From contig CAVZME010000011.1 in the NCBI GenBank assembly GCA_963776385.1, forward strand, positions 138,807-202,806: 64,000 nt of DNA, given 5' to 3'. This stretch comes from an uncultured Chloroflexia bacterium. Its GTDB lineage: Bacteria > Chloroflexota > Limnocylindria > Limnocylindrales > CSP1-4. Under the pieces are notes generated by a model, which was not told where the DNA came from, did not search any database, and saw only the letters and a program-made list of their open reading frames with translations. Positions 10,523 to 19,572 of this stretch are shown here, one piece after another (position 1 is the stretch's first letter; each line of letters opens with the position of its first letter). Made by a program: the position numbers and the translations under genes.

Positions 10523-10606
10523 GGGACTCTCCTGTCCGGTATCTGGGTGGTCGCCGGATCCGCCGGCCCGGGTCGGGAGCCTAGCGCGCGCGGATGACCG
10601 AGCGCA

Positions 10607-10631
10607 ACCGGTCCTGTAGCCCGGGACCGGT
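10607..10631 (-). terminator. candidate stem-loop after the Pro-rich gene
   Basis: ACCGGTCC (10607-10614) pairs with GGACCGGT (10624-10631), giving an 8-bp stem and 9-nt loop that overlaps the putative stop. No clear U-tract. Confidence 0.3.
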
Positions 10632-11372
10632 CAATGCCGGTGACCGACGGGCACGTGGTCAGGGGGCGGATGGTGCTGCGGCTTGTGGTGCCGGGCACGC
10701 GTCGGCTTGGCTGGTTTCGGGTCCTTGTGCGGCTTCTCGGCCTTGGTCGGCTTGGGCGGCGGTCCGTGGCCAGCGGAATCCGGCTTGCCGGACGGACACG
10801 CCCTGTGGGCCGCGCCGGTCGGACTGGGACGACCGCGAGTCGTCGCGCCCGTGACGTCGTCATGGTGCCCATGTCTCGCCCGTCCCCGGAACCGGCATGT
10901 CGCAGGTCGGCGGCTGGTCGGGCTGCTCGGGCTCGTCGGGCTGGTCGGCGGTCTCTGTCGGCGGTGAGGGTGCCACGGCCGGTTTCGGCCGGAACACGAC
11001 CGCGACGACCGGCGCAGGGGTCGGTGTGGCTGATGGCGTCGGCGTCGGTCGCGTCGAGGGTGTCGGGAGCGGGCTCGGGGCCGGGGCTTCGGATGCGCCC
11101 GGCTCGATCGACGGCTCCGGATTCGACGTGACCGGCGTCGGCGCGGGTCGCTCCGACGGGCCGGGCGTCGACGGTTGCGGTCGCCCGCTCGGCGCCGGCA
11201 GCGGGGATGCCTGCCCGGTGCCGGGTGTCGGGACTTGCGCGATCGCCGGCGTGGTGGCCAATCCGCCGATCCCGACGCTCAGTGCAACGGCCGCCAGGAC
11301 GAGATTCACGACACCCAGCGCGAGGACAAGACGAAGCCGCTGCGCAGCCGTCACAGGCGATCCGACCCCCAC
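10631..11372 (-). CDS. membrane-anchored Pro/Thr/Ser-rich low-complexity protein with His-rich C-terminal tail; probable frameshift
   Basis: GTG 11372 (alternative 11354). TM helix LRLVLALGVVNLVLAAVALSVGIGG, then P/T/S/E-rich sequence in the ORF 10860..11738 frame. My translation of the next frame continues ..HGHHDDVTG..KPTKAEKPHKDPKPAKP..HHKPQHHPPPDHVPVGHRH to TGA 10631-10633. Frame change near 10865-10880. Span 742 nt = 3n+1. Confidence 0.45.
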
Positions 11373-11449
11373 ATATCCCGCGCGCCGGGCATGACGAACG
11401 CGTCTCGCGATGGTACCACCGGGCACGCTCACGACGGGTTCGGGCGGGC

Positions 11450-12073
11450 TCAGCCCAGGTCGACCCTCTCGAGGAGTTCGTAGCGGGCGGGACCACCGCC
11501 GGTGATGCTTTCGAACAGGCCGATCTGCCCGACGTGGAAGCGGACGTCCATGTCGGCGGCCGCGGCGATCAGGTGCGAGGCGATGGCGTCGGCGGCCGGG
11601 ACGCCGTCGGATCGGGCCAGGGTCAGGTGCGCCACGAACGGCTTCGGCTCGAACGCCCATCCGGCGCCGGTCAGGGCGGCATCGACCGCCGCCGCGAGAT
11701 CGGCGAGGTCGCCGTCGCCCTCGCGCAGCCCGAGCCACAGCGCCCGTGGCCGGCCGTGCGGCGGGAAGACGCCCGCCCCACCGATCGCGACCTCGAACGG
11801 CCCCACCGACGCGCCGGCGCTGCGCACTGCGGCCATCGCGGCCGGCACACGCTCGTCGAGGGTCGGACCGATGAACCGGAGGGTCAGGTGGAGCCCGTCG
11901 AGGCGGACCCAGCGCACGTCACGACCACCACCGGGCACGCCGGCACTCCTCACACCCTCGACCAGGGCGGCGACCGCCGCGTTGGCGTCCGGCGGGAGCG
12001 GCACGGCGACGAAGATCCGACGGCCCGGGAGGTCGGCGCCGGGCCAGCGCGGCCTGCGTCCGGGTTGGGTCAC
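11450..12073 (-). CDS. thpR: RNA 2',3'-cyclic phosphodiesterase (2H phosphoesterase, LigT/ThpR family)
   Basis: 208 codons from GTG 12073 (GTGA overlap with the ppa stop). Two H-x-T-x motifs (LHLTLRF, AHLTLAR). The first about 70 aa of track ORF 11450..12286 are Arg/Pro junk overlapping ppa. Confidence 0.8.
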   Translation of the reverse strand: MTQPGRRPRWPGADLPGRRIFVAVPLPPDANAAVAALVEGVRSAGVPGGGRDVRWVRLDGLHLTLRFIGPTLDERVPAAMAAVRSAGASVGPFEVAIGGAGVFPPHGRPRALWLGLREGDGDLADLAAAVDAALTGAGWAFEPKPFVAHLTLARSDGVPAADAIASHLIAAAADMDVRFHVGQIGLFESITGGGPARYELLERVDLG

Positions 12074-12588
12074 GCCGGTCGGCCGGTCTCGCGCTCCCAC
12101 GCCTCGCGGTCGGTGCGCAGGACCTCGAGGGCGCGCACGTGGTCGCGCCAGCCGACGACATCGACGTCCTTCTCCTCGAGCGCCTTGTACGTCTGGAAGA
12201 AATGCTCGATCTCGACCAGGCGGTGCGGGCGGACCTGCTCGAGCCGCTCGATGTGCTGCTGATGGGCGTCGCCGAGTGCCACGCACAGGACCTTGAAGTC
12301 GAAGCCCTTCTCATCGCGCATCTCGAGCCCGCCGATCGGGCGGGCCCAGACGTGGCAACCGGTGAAGGTCGGCTCGTCGATGATCAGGAGAGCGTCGGTA
12401 TGGTCGCCGTCGCCGGCGCGCGTGCCTTCGATGAAGCCGTAGTCGAAGTTGTAGTAGACGGCGCTCGACAGGACGCGATCGAGCCGGAAGACGTGCGCCT
12501 CCTCGTCGTACTCGTACTTGTTGCGAGACCCGCGCGGGATCTCGACCACGATCTCGACGACCTCGGGGAACGTGCCGGGTGTCTTCAC
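12070..12588 (-). CDS. ppa: family I inorganic pyrophosphatase
   Basis: 172-aa ORF with ..EIPRGSRNKYEYD.., ..GDGDHTDALL.., ..DEKGFDFKVL... Confidence 0.9.
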   Translation of the reverse strand: MKTPGTFPEVVEIVVEIPRGSRNKYEYDEEAHVFRLDRVLSSAVYYNFDYGFIEGTRAGDGDHTDALLIIDEPTFTGCHVWARPIGGLEMRDEKGFDFKVLCVALGDAHQQHIERLEQVRPHRLVEIEHFFQTYKALEEKDVDVVGWRDHVRALEVLRTDREAWERETGRPA

Positions 12589-12691
12589 CCGGTCAGTCTA
12601 GTGCGCTGCGTCCCTGACATGGCATCGACCCTGCTCCTGCGCGCCGCCTCAGCCGGTCCGATGGCAAGGCGGGTCGGAGCACGTGAAGCGA

Positions 12692-12709
12692 GCGCACCTC
12701 AAGGTGCGT
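12692..12709 (-). terminator. candidate stem-loop downstream of the DnaB-like gene
   Basis: GCGCACC tcaa GGTGCGT: 7-bp stem (one G-U) with a 4-nt loop, 52 nt after the stop at 12761. Weak U-tract. Confidence 0.25.
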
Positions 12710-12760
12710 GAGCGAGCGCGCGGACGACCCAACGCGGCCAGCGGGCCGGATCAGGCGGCG

Positions 12761-13837
12761 CTAATCGTTGTACAGACGCTCTTCTATGAGCTTCTCTTGC
12801 ACCGTCCTGCCGTTCGGGTCGAAGCAGCTGAATTCGAAGTGCTTCTCGAACTCGACGTCCACGTTGTCCTGGCCGCCGCGATTCTTCTCGACCGAGACGA
12901 CCACCCAGTCGCGGAAACGCTGCGCCTGGTACGGGTTGAACTCGATGTTGACCTTGGCGACGATGTGGTACTTCTCGTTGAGGATCAGGATGATGTCGGC
13001 CTCGTAGTTGATGGCCGACGAGCCGCGCAGGTGGTAGTTGCGCAGGCGCGACGCCTTCAGGCCTTCCTTGTCCGCGGCGACGATGCAGACCATCGGCACG
13101 TCCTCGGACAGCGCGATGTCCTTGAGGCCGTTGACGAGATAGGTGACCTTCTCGGTCTCGTTCTCGGGCTCGGGGATCTGCGGGACCTTCTGGAGGTAGT
13201 CGACGAACACGACGAGGCGTCGGTCGCCCGACAGCTGGCGGTGCGCCTGGACGAGCTTGCGGATGTTCTCGATGGTGCTGGCGGTCTGCGAGCCGCGCAT
13301 GAGGAACAGGTTCTGGCCGTAGCGCGCGATCCGGTCCATCGACGGTCGGAGCCGCGGGTTGTTGGCCATCTGGGCGTTCGCTTCGCCCTCGGCCATCCAC
13401 GTCCCGAGGATCTCCTTGCGGACGTCCTGGATCTTGATGGCGCCGGTCTTGTGGGGCAGGTGCGCCAGCGCCGACTCCATCGCGATCAGGCGATTGAGCA
13501 GGTACTGCTCGTCGTGCTCGAAGCAGATGTACAGGACGTTGGCCTGGCCGCCGGACGCGACGTTGCGCGCCATCTGGAGGGCCATCGTCGTCTTGCCGGT
13601 GCCCTGGGCGCCGCCGATGAGCAGCAGCTCGCCGGTCCGCAGGCCCGTCCCGATCGTCTTGTCGAGCGGCGTGAAGCCGAGCGGGACAGGCTGGTACTCG
13701 GCCACGTTGCCGGTCGTGACCTTGTCATTGAGGTCGACGAGGACATCCAGCGCCGATCGGGGCGCCAGGCTGCCGTTGGCGGTGTCGAGGCGCCAGGCCG
13801 GCGCTTTGGCGGTCTCTTCGGGAGCGTCTGTGCTCAC
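12761..13837 (-). CDS. DnaB C-terminal-domain (RecA-fold) ATPase lacking the DnaB N-terminal domain
   Basis: GTG 13837 lies 8 nt after GGGGAGGAA. 358 aa. Walker A GGAQGTGKTTMALQMA, DnaB-like H2 ..VFVDYLQKV.., ..LKDIALSEDVPMVCIVAADKEG.., ..LRGSSAINYEADIILIL... Only about 70 aa precede the ATPase core, and just 110 nt separate it from the upstream peptidase gene. The 3' end is visibly AT-richer (32/60 GC at 12781-12840 by hand count). Confidence 0.8.
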   Translation of the reverse strand: MSTDAPEETAKAPAWRLDTANGSLAPRSALDVLVDLNDKVTTGNVAEYQPVPLGFTPLDKTIGTGLRTGELLLIGGAQGTGKTTMALQMARNVASGGQANVLYICFEHDEQYLLNRLIAMESALAHLPHKTGAIKIQDVRKEILGTWMAEGEANAQMANNPRLRPSMDRIARYGQNLFLMRGSQTASTIENIRKLVQAHRQLSGDRRLVVFVDYLQKVPQIPEPENETEKVTYLVNGLKDIALSEDVPMVCIVAADKEGLKASRLRNYHLRGSSAINYEADIILILNEKYHIVAKVNIEFNPYQAQRFRDWVVVSVEKNRGGQDNVDVEFEKHFEFSCFDPNGRTVQEKLIEERLYND

Positions 13838-13947
13838 GCGGTCGGTTCCTCCCCGGACTGGTGCGGTGGCCACAGGGTAGCACCCGGAAGGGCCTGAATC
13901 ACCCACCCGAACCCTACAAATCCACATAGTCCGTGTGGTGACGACCG

Positions 13948-15346
13948 TCACCGAGGCAGATCGACCAATTCATCGAACATCCGGGCGAAGGTCCGGATGC
14001 CGGTCTCGTAGTTGCCGAGGTCCATCCACTCGTTCGGGGCATGCGCGTTATCGTCCGGCGGGGTGATGCCGAGGAGCACGACCGGCAGCCCCAGGATCGA
14101 CGAGAAACTGGCGCAGACCGGGATCGAGCCCCCCTCGCGGATGTAGACCGGCGGCTGGCCGAACGTCGCCTCCAACGCCCGGGCGGCGGCTCGGGTCGCC
14201 GGATGATCCATCGCGGTGAGGCTGGGGTGCCCACCGCCGAGAAGGCGGACGGTCGTCGTCACGCCTGGCGGCGCGATCTCCTCGACGTAGGCTCGGAATG
14301 CCTCGAAGACACGAGTCCGGATCCTGAGCGGCCACGAGACGGCAGCTGACCTTGGCATGGGCGTGGGCCGGGATGATCGTCTTGCTGCCCTCGTCCATGA
14401 AACCGCCCCAGATCCCGTTGACGTCGAGGGTCGGGCGGATGGACCGGCGCTCGAGGGTCGTGAAGCCGGCCTCGCCGACGAGGGCCGGCAGGCCGAGCCG
14501 CTGCAGGTATTCGCCCTCATCGAAGGGCAGGGCCGCGAGCGCCGCCCGATCCTCGTCGGACAGCGCCACGACGTCGTCGTAGAAGCCCGGGATCCGGATC
14601 CGGCCGTCCGGTCCTTTCAGCGCGGCGATGATCTGGGCCAGCGCGTTGGCCGGGTTCTGGACGGCGCCACCGAACCCGCCCGAATGGAGGTCGACGGCGG
14701 TCCCGACGACATCGATCTGCGCGTACATGATGCCGCGCAGGCTGAGCGTGATGGCCGGCAGGTTGCCCTCGAAGAAGCCCGAATCGCTGATGATCGCGAC
14801 GTCCGCGGACAGCCGCTCACGGTTGGCGTCGAGCCACGCGTCGAGATGGACCGAGCTCGATTCCTCCTCGCCCTCGAAGACGTATCGGACGTTGACCGGC
14901 ATCGCGCCGCGGGTCGCGAGCAACGCGGCTGCGGCCATCACATGGGCGTGGATCTGGCCTTTGTCGTCGGCGGCGCCGCGCGCCAGGATCCGGTCGCCGA
15001 CGACGATCGGCTCGAACGGCGGCGATGTCCAGAGCTCGAGCGGGTCGACCGGCTGGACGTCGTAGTGGCAGTAGACGAGGGCCGTCGGTGCGTCCGGAGC
15101 GTGGAGCCAGTCGGCATAGACGACCGGGTGGCCACCGGTCTCGCAGACCTCGGCGTTCTCGAGGCCGGCCGCCGTGAGCGCGTCGGCGATCCAGTGGGCC
15201 GCAGCGCGGCAGTCCTCGGCGTGGGCCGGGATCGCGGAGATGCTCGGGATGCGCAGCAACGCCTTGTACGACTCGAGCCTCTCGGCCTTCGTGGCGTCGA
15301 GGTGCGCATCGAGGGCGGCGTCGGGAGCGGCGGACAGGTTCGGCAT
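13948..15346 (-). CDS. M20-family dipeptidase/metallopeptidase; one apparent frameshift
   Basis: Merges ORFs 14048..15346 and 13948..14520. Motifs ..LVYCHYDVQP.., ..ARGAADDKGQ.., ..FEGEEESSS.., ..DDNAHAPNEW... Frame change near 14313-14318 (..AAQDPD | RVFEAFRAYVEE..). Span 1399 nt = 3n+1. Confidence 0.8.
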
Positions 15347-15445
15347 CGGCGCATCGTACCGGAGCGCACGCGGCCGGGAATTCGATCGAGCGGGCCGTTT
15401 CGGGCCCGCTCGTCGGTGGCGGTCGGTGTCGGTCGCGGTCGGCGA

Positions 15446-17452
15446 TCAGGCCGGCTGCGGGTTCGGTTCGGGGACGGGCTGGCCGGGACCGATGATGGTC
15501 GGGATCCCGTGCATGTCCTCCTTGGGCGGGAGGTCGCTGAACAGCGCCTCGAAGCCCTCGGCGTCGACGGTCTCCTCCGCGACGAGCTTCTCGGCCAGCG
15601 CCGTCAGCTTGTCGCGATGGGTCGTGAGGACCTCGGTGGCCCGCTCGTAGGCCTTGTCGATGATCGCGCGGACCTCTTCGTCGATGGTCCGGGCGACCTC
15701 GTCGCTGTAGTCGCGCTGCTCGCCCATCGAGCGGCCGAGGAAGACCATCTCGTCGCGCTTCCCGAAGGACAGCGGTCCGAGCTTGTCGCTCATGCCGAAC
15801 TCGGTGACCATCCGGCGAGCCAGGTCGGTCGCCTTCTCGATGTCGTTGCTGGCGCCGGTCGTCGTGTCACCGAAGATGAGCCGCTCGGCGACGTTGCCGC
15901 CGAGGAGCCCGGCGATCTTGTCCTCGAACTCGGTCTTGCTCTGGAGATAGCGGTCTTCGGTCGGCAGGGCCATCGTGTAGCCGAGGGCCATGCCGCGGCT
16001 GATGATCGTCACCTTGGCGACCGGGTCGCACTTCGGCAGGATCCGCTGGACGACCGCGTGGCCGCCCTCGTGGTAGGCGATGATCGCCTTCTCGGCGTCC
16101 GAGATGATCCGCGACTTGCGCTCCGGGCCGGCGACGATCCGCTCCAGGGCTTCCTGGAATTCGGACATGCCGATGACCTTCTTGTTGCGCCGCGCGGCGA
16201 GGATCGCCGCCTCGTTGACGAGGTTGGCCAGGTCCGCGCCGGAGAAGCCGGGCGACTGGCGGGCGACGCCTTCGACCTCGACGCCCTTGTCGAGCGGCTT
16301 GCCCTTGGTGTGGACCTTGAGGATCTCGGTCCGGCCCTTCATGTCGGGCCGATCGAGGATGACCTGGCGGTCGAACCGGCCCGGGCGCAGGAGCGCCGGG
16401 TCGAGGACATCGGGCCGGTTGGTCGCGGCGACGACGATGACGTTCGTGTTGGTGTCGAAGCCGTCCATCTCGACCAGGATCTGGTTGAGGGTCTGCTCGC
16501 GCTCGTCGTGGCTTCCGCCGAGGCCCGCGCCACGCTGGCGGCCGACCGCGTCGATCTCGTCGACGAAGACGATGCACGGCGAATTGCGCTTGGCCTGGTC
16601 GAACAGATCGCGGACGCGGCTCGCACCGACGCCGACGAACATCTCGACGAATTCCGAGCCGGAGATGCTGAAGAACGGGACGCCCGCCTCACCCGCGACG
16701 GCGCGTGCCATCAGGGTCTTGCCGGTGCCGGGAGGTCCGACGAGCAGCACGCCACGCGGGATGCGCGCGCCGAGCGAGTTGAACTTCTCCGGGTACTTGA
16801 GGAACTCGACGACTTCCTGGAGCTCGGTCTTTGCCTCGTCCACGCCGGCGACGTCATTGAACGTTACGACCGTCTTGTTGCCGAGGAACATCCGCGCCCG
16901 GCTCTTGCCGAAGGAGAGTGCCTGGTTATTCGTGCCCTGGGCCTGGCGCATCATGAAGAAGATGAACCCGCCGATGACGAGCAGCGGCAGGAGCCCGGTC
17001 AGGAGCAGGCCGAGCCACGACGTGTCGGGCGCCGGTTCCGCCTTGTAGATCTCCGCGGGCAGATCGATGCCGCCAGCCTTGGCGGCCGCCTGCATGTCGT
17101 TCGGGTAGACGATCGTCAGGATGCTCGGGACGGTGACCGTGTACGAGGGCGGCGTGCCCTCCTTGAGCTTCACGGTCAGCGTGTCGCCCTGCTGGACGAC
17201 CGATTGGACGTGGTTCAGCTGAACGTCATTCAGGAACGCCGAGTAGCCGACCGTCGTCGGCTGCGAGCTGGACTGGATCCAGGTGAACAGCAGCGCTGCG
17301 GTCCCCACCACGAGGACGAGCATCACGATGCCGTTCCGGAAGAACTTGGGATTCAAAAGGAGCCTCCGGGTCGAGCGAGCGACGACCGTGCGTCGCTGGT
17401 GTTTCCGAGTATAGCGTCGAGTGTCATGACGACCCAGTGACAGAGGTCCCAT
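15446..17452 (-). CDS. ftsH: ATP-dependent zinc metalloprotease FtsH
   Basis: 668-aa single ORF. N-terminal TM helices, Walker [18 protein letters not shown] region, zinc motif HEGGHAV. Confidence 0.95.
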   Translation of the reverse strand: MGPLSLGRHDTRRYTRKHQRRTVVARSTRRLLLNPKFFRNGIVMLVLVVGTAALLFTWIQSSSQPTTVGYSAFLNDVQLNHVQSVVQQGDTLTVKLKEGTPPSYTVTVPSILTIVYPNDMQAAAKAGGIDLPAEIYKAEPAPDTSWLGLLLTGLLPLLVIGGFIFFMMRQAQGTNNQALSFGKSRARMFLGNKTVVTFNDVAGVDEAKTELQEVVEFLKYPEKFNSLGARIPRGVLLVGPPGTGKTLMARAVAGEAGVPFFSISGSEFVEMFVGVGASRVRDLFDQAKRNSPCIVFVDEIDAVGRQRGAGLGGSHDEREQTLNQILVEMDGFDTNTNVIVVAATNRPDVLDPALLRPGRFDRQVILDRPDMKGRTEILKVHTKGKPLDKGVEVEGVARQSPGFSGADLANLVNEAAILAARRNKKVIGMSEFQEALERIVAGPERKSRIISDAEKAIIAYHEGGHAVVQRILPKCDPVAKVTIISRGMALGYTMALPTEDRYLQSKTEFEDKIAGLLGGNVAERLIFGDTTTGASNDIEKATDLARRMVTEFGMSDKLGPLSFGKRDEMVFLGRSMGEQRDYSDEVARTIDEEVRAIIDKAYERATEVLTTHRDKLTALAEKLVAEETVDAEGFEALFSDLPPKEDMHGIPTIIGPGQPVPEPNPQPA

Positions 17453-17520
17453 GGGTCATGGTGTCGTTCGGACGGCTGGCCGTGGTGGATGGTGGCGCGC
17501 CGCAAGATGAAGGAATTGAA

Positions 17521-17546
17521 ACGGCCCTCCCGTGTCGGAGGGCCGT
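17521..17546 (-). terminator. intrinsic-terminator-like hairpin after the secreted-protein gene
   Basis: Perfect 10-bp stem ACGGCCCTCC / GGAGGGCCGT with a 6-nt loop. On the minus strand it is followed by TTCAATTCCTTCATCTT. Lies 33 nt downstream of the stop at 17579. Confidence 0.55.
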
Positions 17547-17578
17547 CTCGGTCGGACGCTTGCCCGGGCCACGAAACC

Positions 17579-18112
17579 CTATGGGCAGCTGAGCTCAGGG
17601 TTCCAGTCCACGAACATCCCGGCAGGGTTGTGACTCCAGACCCAGACGTGCTGGATGTAGAAGCCGACCGCTGGGACGAGGATGTGCATCGGCCGACCGA
17701 AGATCGTCGGCGGCTCCGAGACGCCGGGCGGATTCGAGCCTGCGCCGGGAACGACGTACTCGACGGCCACCAGCTTGAGCTGCCCGTCAGGCCCCGACGT
17801 GTAGACGAGGCCCTCGGGCTGCCGCTCGTCGACGACGAGGTCGTCGATCAGCTTCTTGTTGAAGTAGTGGTAGCCCATGACGCCAGCCGTGGCGTTCGCG
17901 ATGCAGCCGGTGATGATCCGGGTCCCCGACCCGTTCACGTAGCCAAGCTCGTAGCCGGCGGCCTTGGCGGCCTCCACATCGTGGAACCGGGCCGTGACGT
18001 TTCGGACGATGGCGACGTCACTGTCGCCTCCGGTCGCCGCGAGGACACCGCCCCCGAGCGTGACGAGACCGACGACGGCCATGAGCAGCGCGAGTCTGAA
18101 GCGAGTGTCCAT
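17579..18112 (-). CDS. secreted hypothetical protein
   Basis: ATG 18112 gives MDTRFRLALLMAVVGLVTLGGGVLAATGG (signal-peptide-like), about 177 aa. No family recognised. AT-richer than the flanks. Confidence 0.6.
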   Translation of the reverse strand: MDTRFRLALLMAVVGLVTLGGGVLAATGGDSDVAIVRNVTARFHDVEAAKAAGYELGYVNGSGTRIITGCIANATAGVMGYHYFNKKLIDDLVVDERQPEGLVYTSGPDGQLKLVAVEYVVPGAGSNPPGVSEPPTIFGRPMHILVPAVGFYIQHVWVWSHNPAGMFVDWNPELSCP

Positions 18113-18373
18113 GGTTGTCACCCCTACGTGCCTGCGGAGGTCAGCCGAGATCCCGACCATCGCCGACTCGGCTCACGGCGCGGCTTGGTGTCGCGCTGGA
18201 GCATATGGCGGCCCCACCGTGTCTTTCGTTCCCGAATCGCAGGCGGAGCTCAGGTGCTGCGCCAATGGGCTCTCGCCCGGGCGTCGCCAGGGCCTCGAGG
18301 CGCTCCAATGGGCTCGGCTCGATCAGGACCGGCCTTGGCGCCAGCTTCGATCTCGACGGCGACGCGCAGATGT

Positions 18374-18991
18374 TCAGGCGTCGCCCTGGATCACCCCGAC
18401 CGGCCCCCGCCGCATGAGGTAGTTCGGGATGCTTGAGACCATGACCTCGCGAGTCGTCTCGAATCCGTAGTGGCGGTAGAAACGCACGTTCTCGGGCCGG
18501 TCCGTCTCGAGATAACCTCCCGTTCCGGTTCGATCGAGGCTGGCGCAGTACTCCTGCATCAGGCGCTGACCGACATGGTGTCCCTGGGCCTCCGGATCGA
18601 CGCCGATCGGCCCGAGATGGAGGTGGGTTTCGGCCGGTTCGCACCTGGACCAGGTCGACAGCCACGACAGCAACCGCAACGAGGCCGAAAGACCCACTCC
18701 GCCCAGCATCGTGGGAGCCATCCGTGCCTTCTCGTATCCGGATGGCTGACATGACGGGGACGCGACCCAGTTGATGAAGCCGATGATCCGCGTTCCGTCG
18801 GTCGCCACCAACCTCGTTGCCGTCGACGAACGGAGGACGAGGCGGAAGAACGCTTCATTGCGGTCATACCGGTCTGCGCCAAAGGTCGCGACGTGCAACG
18901 GATTGGCCACGAAGGCGCGTGACAACATCCGGACCACCTCCGGTGTCATGTGCTCCGAGAACGTCTCGATCCGGGCATCCGACATCGTCAT
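18374..18991 (-). CDS. GNAT-family N-acetyltransferase
   Basis: 205-aa ORF with acetyl-CoA-binding core ..IGVDPEAQGHHVGQRLM.. and ..NVRFYRHYGFE... Confidence 0.75.
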   Translation of the reverse strand: MTMSDARIETFSEHMTPEVVRMLSRAFVANPLHVATFGADRYDRNEAFFRLVLRSSTATRLVATDGTRIIGFINWVASPSCQPSGYEKARMAPTMLGGVGLSASLRLLSWLSTWSRCEPAETHLHLGPIGVDPEAQGHHVGQRLMQEYCASLDRTGTGGYLETDRPENVRFYRHYGFETTREVMVSSIPNYLMRRGPVGVIQGDA

Positions 18992-19137
18992 GACTCGTCC
19001 TTGCAGGATCCGCGGCGTCTGCCGTCCAGGCGATGGTCGACGGGATGCGTCCCGGAATCGTTACGGCCAGCGGACTGGTCCTGGCGGACGAAAAGAGCCC
19101 CTCCGGCGGGCCAGGGGGGCTGTCTTCACGTGGGTGC

Positions 19138-19212
19138 TGGTAGCGGAGGGCGGATTTGAACCACCGACCAAGGGCTTATGAGTCCCCTGCTCTACCACTG
19201 AGCTACTCCGCC
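19138..19212 (-). tRNA. tRNA with anticodon CAT (elongator Met-like; lysidine-modified Ile2 not excluded)
   Basis: The reverse complement reads GGCGGAGTAGCTCAGTGGTAGAGCAGGGGACTCATAAGCCCTTGGTCGGTGGTTCAAATCCGCCCTCCGCTACCA (75 nt). 7-bp acceptor stem (G1-U72 wobble), GTTCAAATC T-loop, anticodon loop CTCATAA, encoded CCA. Not initiator-like, since there is no C1-A72 mismatch. Confidence 0.9.
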
Positions 19213-19371
19213 GCCGATATTCGCTCGGTTCCCACGTGGACTGAGTCCCTACTCTGAGAACCGAGTCGGATGGGGCTTGTGTTCCCTGCCGGTACAGCGC
19301 ATAACGTTCGGGAGGTCAGTCCCGGAGTAGCGAGGTACCAGCGATCAGCCAAGCCTCCATCCAGGCCTCGG

Positions 19372-19377
19372 ATTCTA
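19372..19377 (-). promoter_or_regulatory. candidate -10 box (TAGAAT) upstream of the tRNA
   Basis: The minus strand reads ..TTGGCTccgatgtccgggggtgcggTAGAATccgagg... It fits TAnnnT, but the 19-nt spacer to a weak -35 is long. It would give a leader of about 155 nt before the tRNA. Confidence 0.2.
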
Positions 19378-19572
19378 CCGCACCCCCGGACATCGGAGCC
19401 AACCTGGCTTCGTTCGCCTCGCATCTTCCCGCGGTGACGCGGCCAGTTAAAGACTCACCGTATCGGAATGGCGGGCCTTCTTGCCGGATCGCCCGTACGC
19501 GCCCTCGTGCGGTCCGTAGCCCCGCGTCAGCTCGATCGAGCGCGCCCCTGAGCGACTCCGCCACGACCGGAT

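Noticed and set aside
8192-10597. Very long plus-strand ORF (801 aa). Similar giants occur at 14357..17440 (+, 1027 aa), 20098..22851 (-, 917 aa), 26996..29425 (+, 809 aa), 51596..53440 (-, 614 aa), 54923..55960 (+) and 56575..58053 (+).
   Set aside because: They are Arg/Gly/Pro/Asp-rich with no recognisable motifs. Each lies antisense to a gene with clear family signatures (trpB2, ftsH, helicase, murI, serA, transglutaminase, DUF58). These are typical shadow ORFs of a 70% GC genome.
18161-18373. A direct repeat CCAATGGGCTC occurring twice about 50 nt apart between the GNAT gene and the secreted-protein gene, as a possible operator.
   Set aside because: It has only two 11-nt copies, no dyad symmetry and no regulator gene nearby. 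This is insufficient evidence for a feature.
17521-19212. A bona fide integrated genomic island at the tRNA.
   Set aside because: There is no integrase. The only match to the tRNA 3' end is 8 nt (CGGAGGGC). The segment holds just two ordinary-looking genes. It is kept only as a low-interest compositional observation.
19213-19572. RNase P RNA, tmRNA, SRP RNA or 6S RNA in the unassigned region next to the tRNA.
   Set aside because: The universal strings I know are absent on both strands: GGAAAGUCCGGGC and ACAGAACCCGGCUUA for RNase P, the tRNA-like GGGGC.. start and ..UCCACCA end of tmRNA, and GUCCGGAAGGAAGCAGC of SRP domain IV. An unknown sRNA remains possible (see finding).
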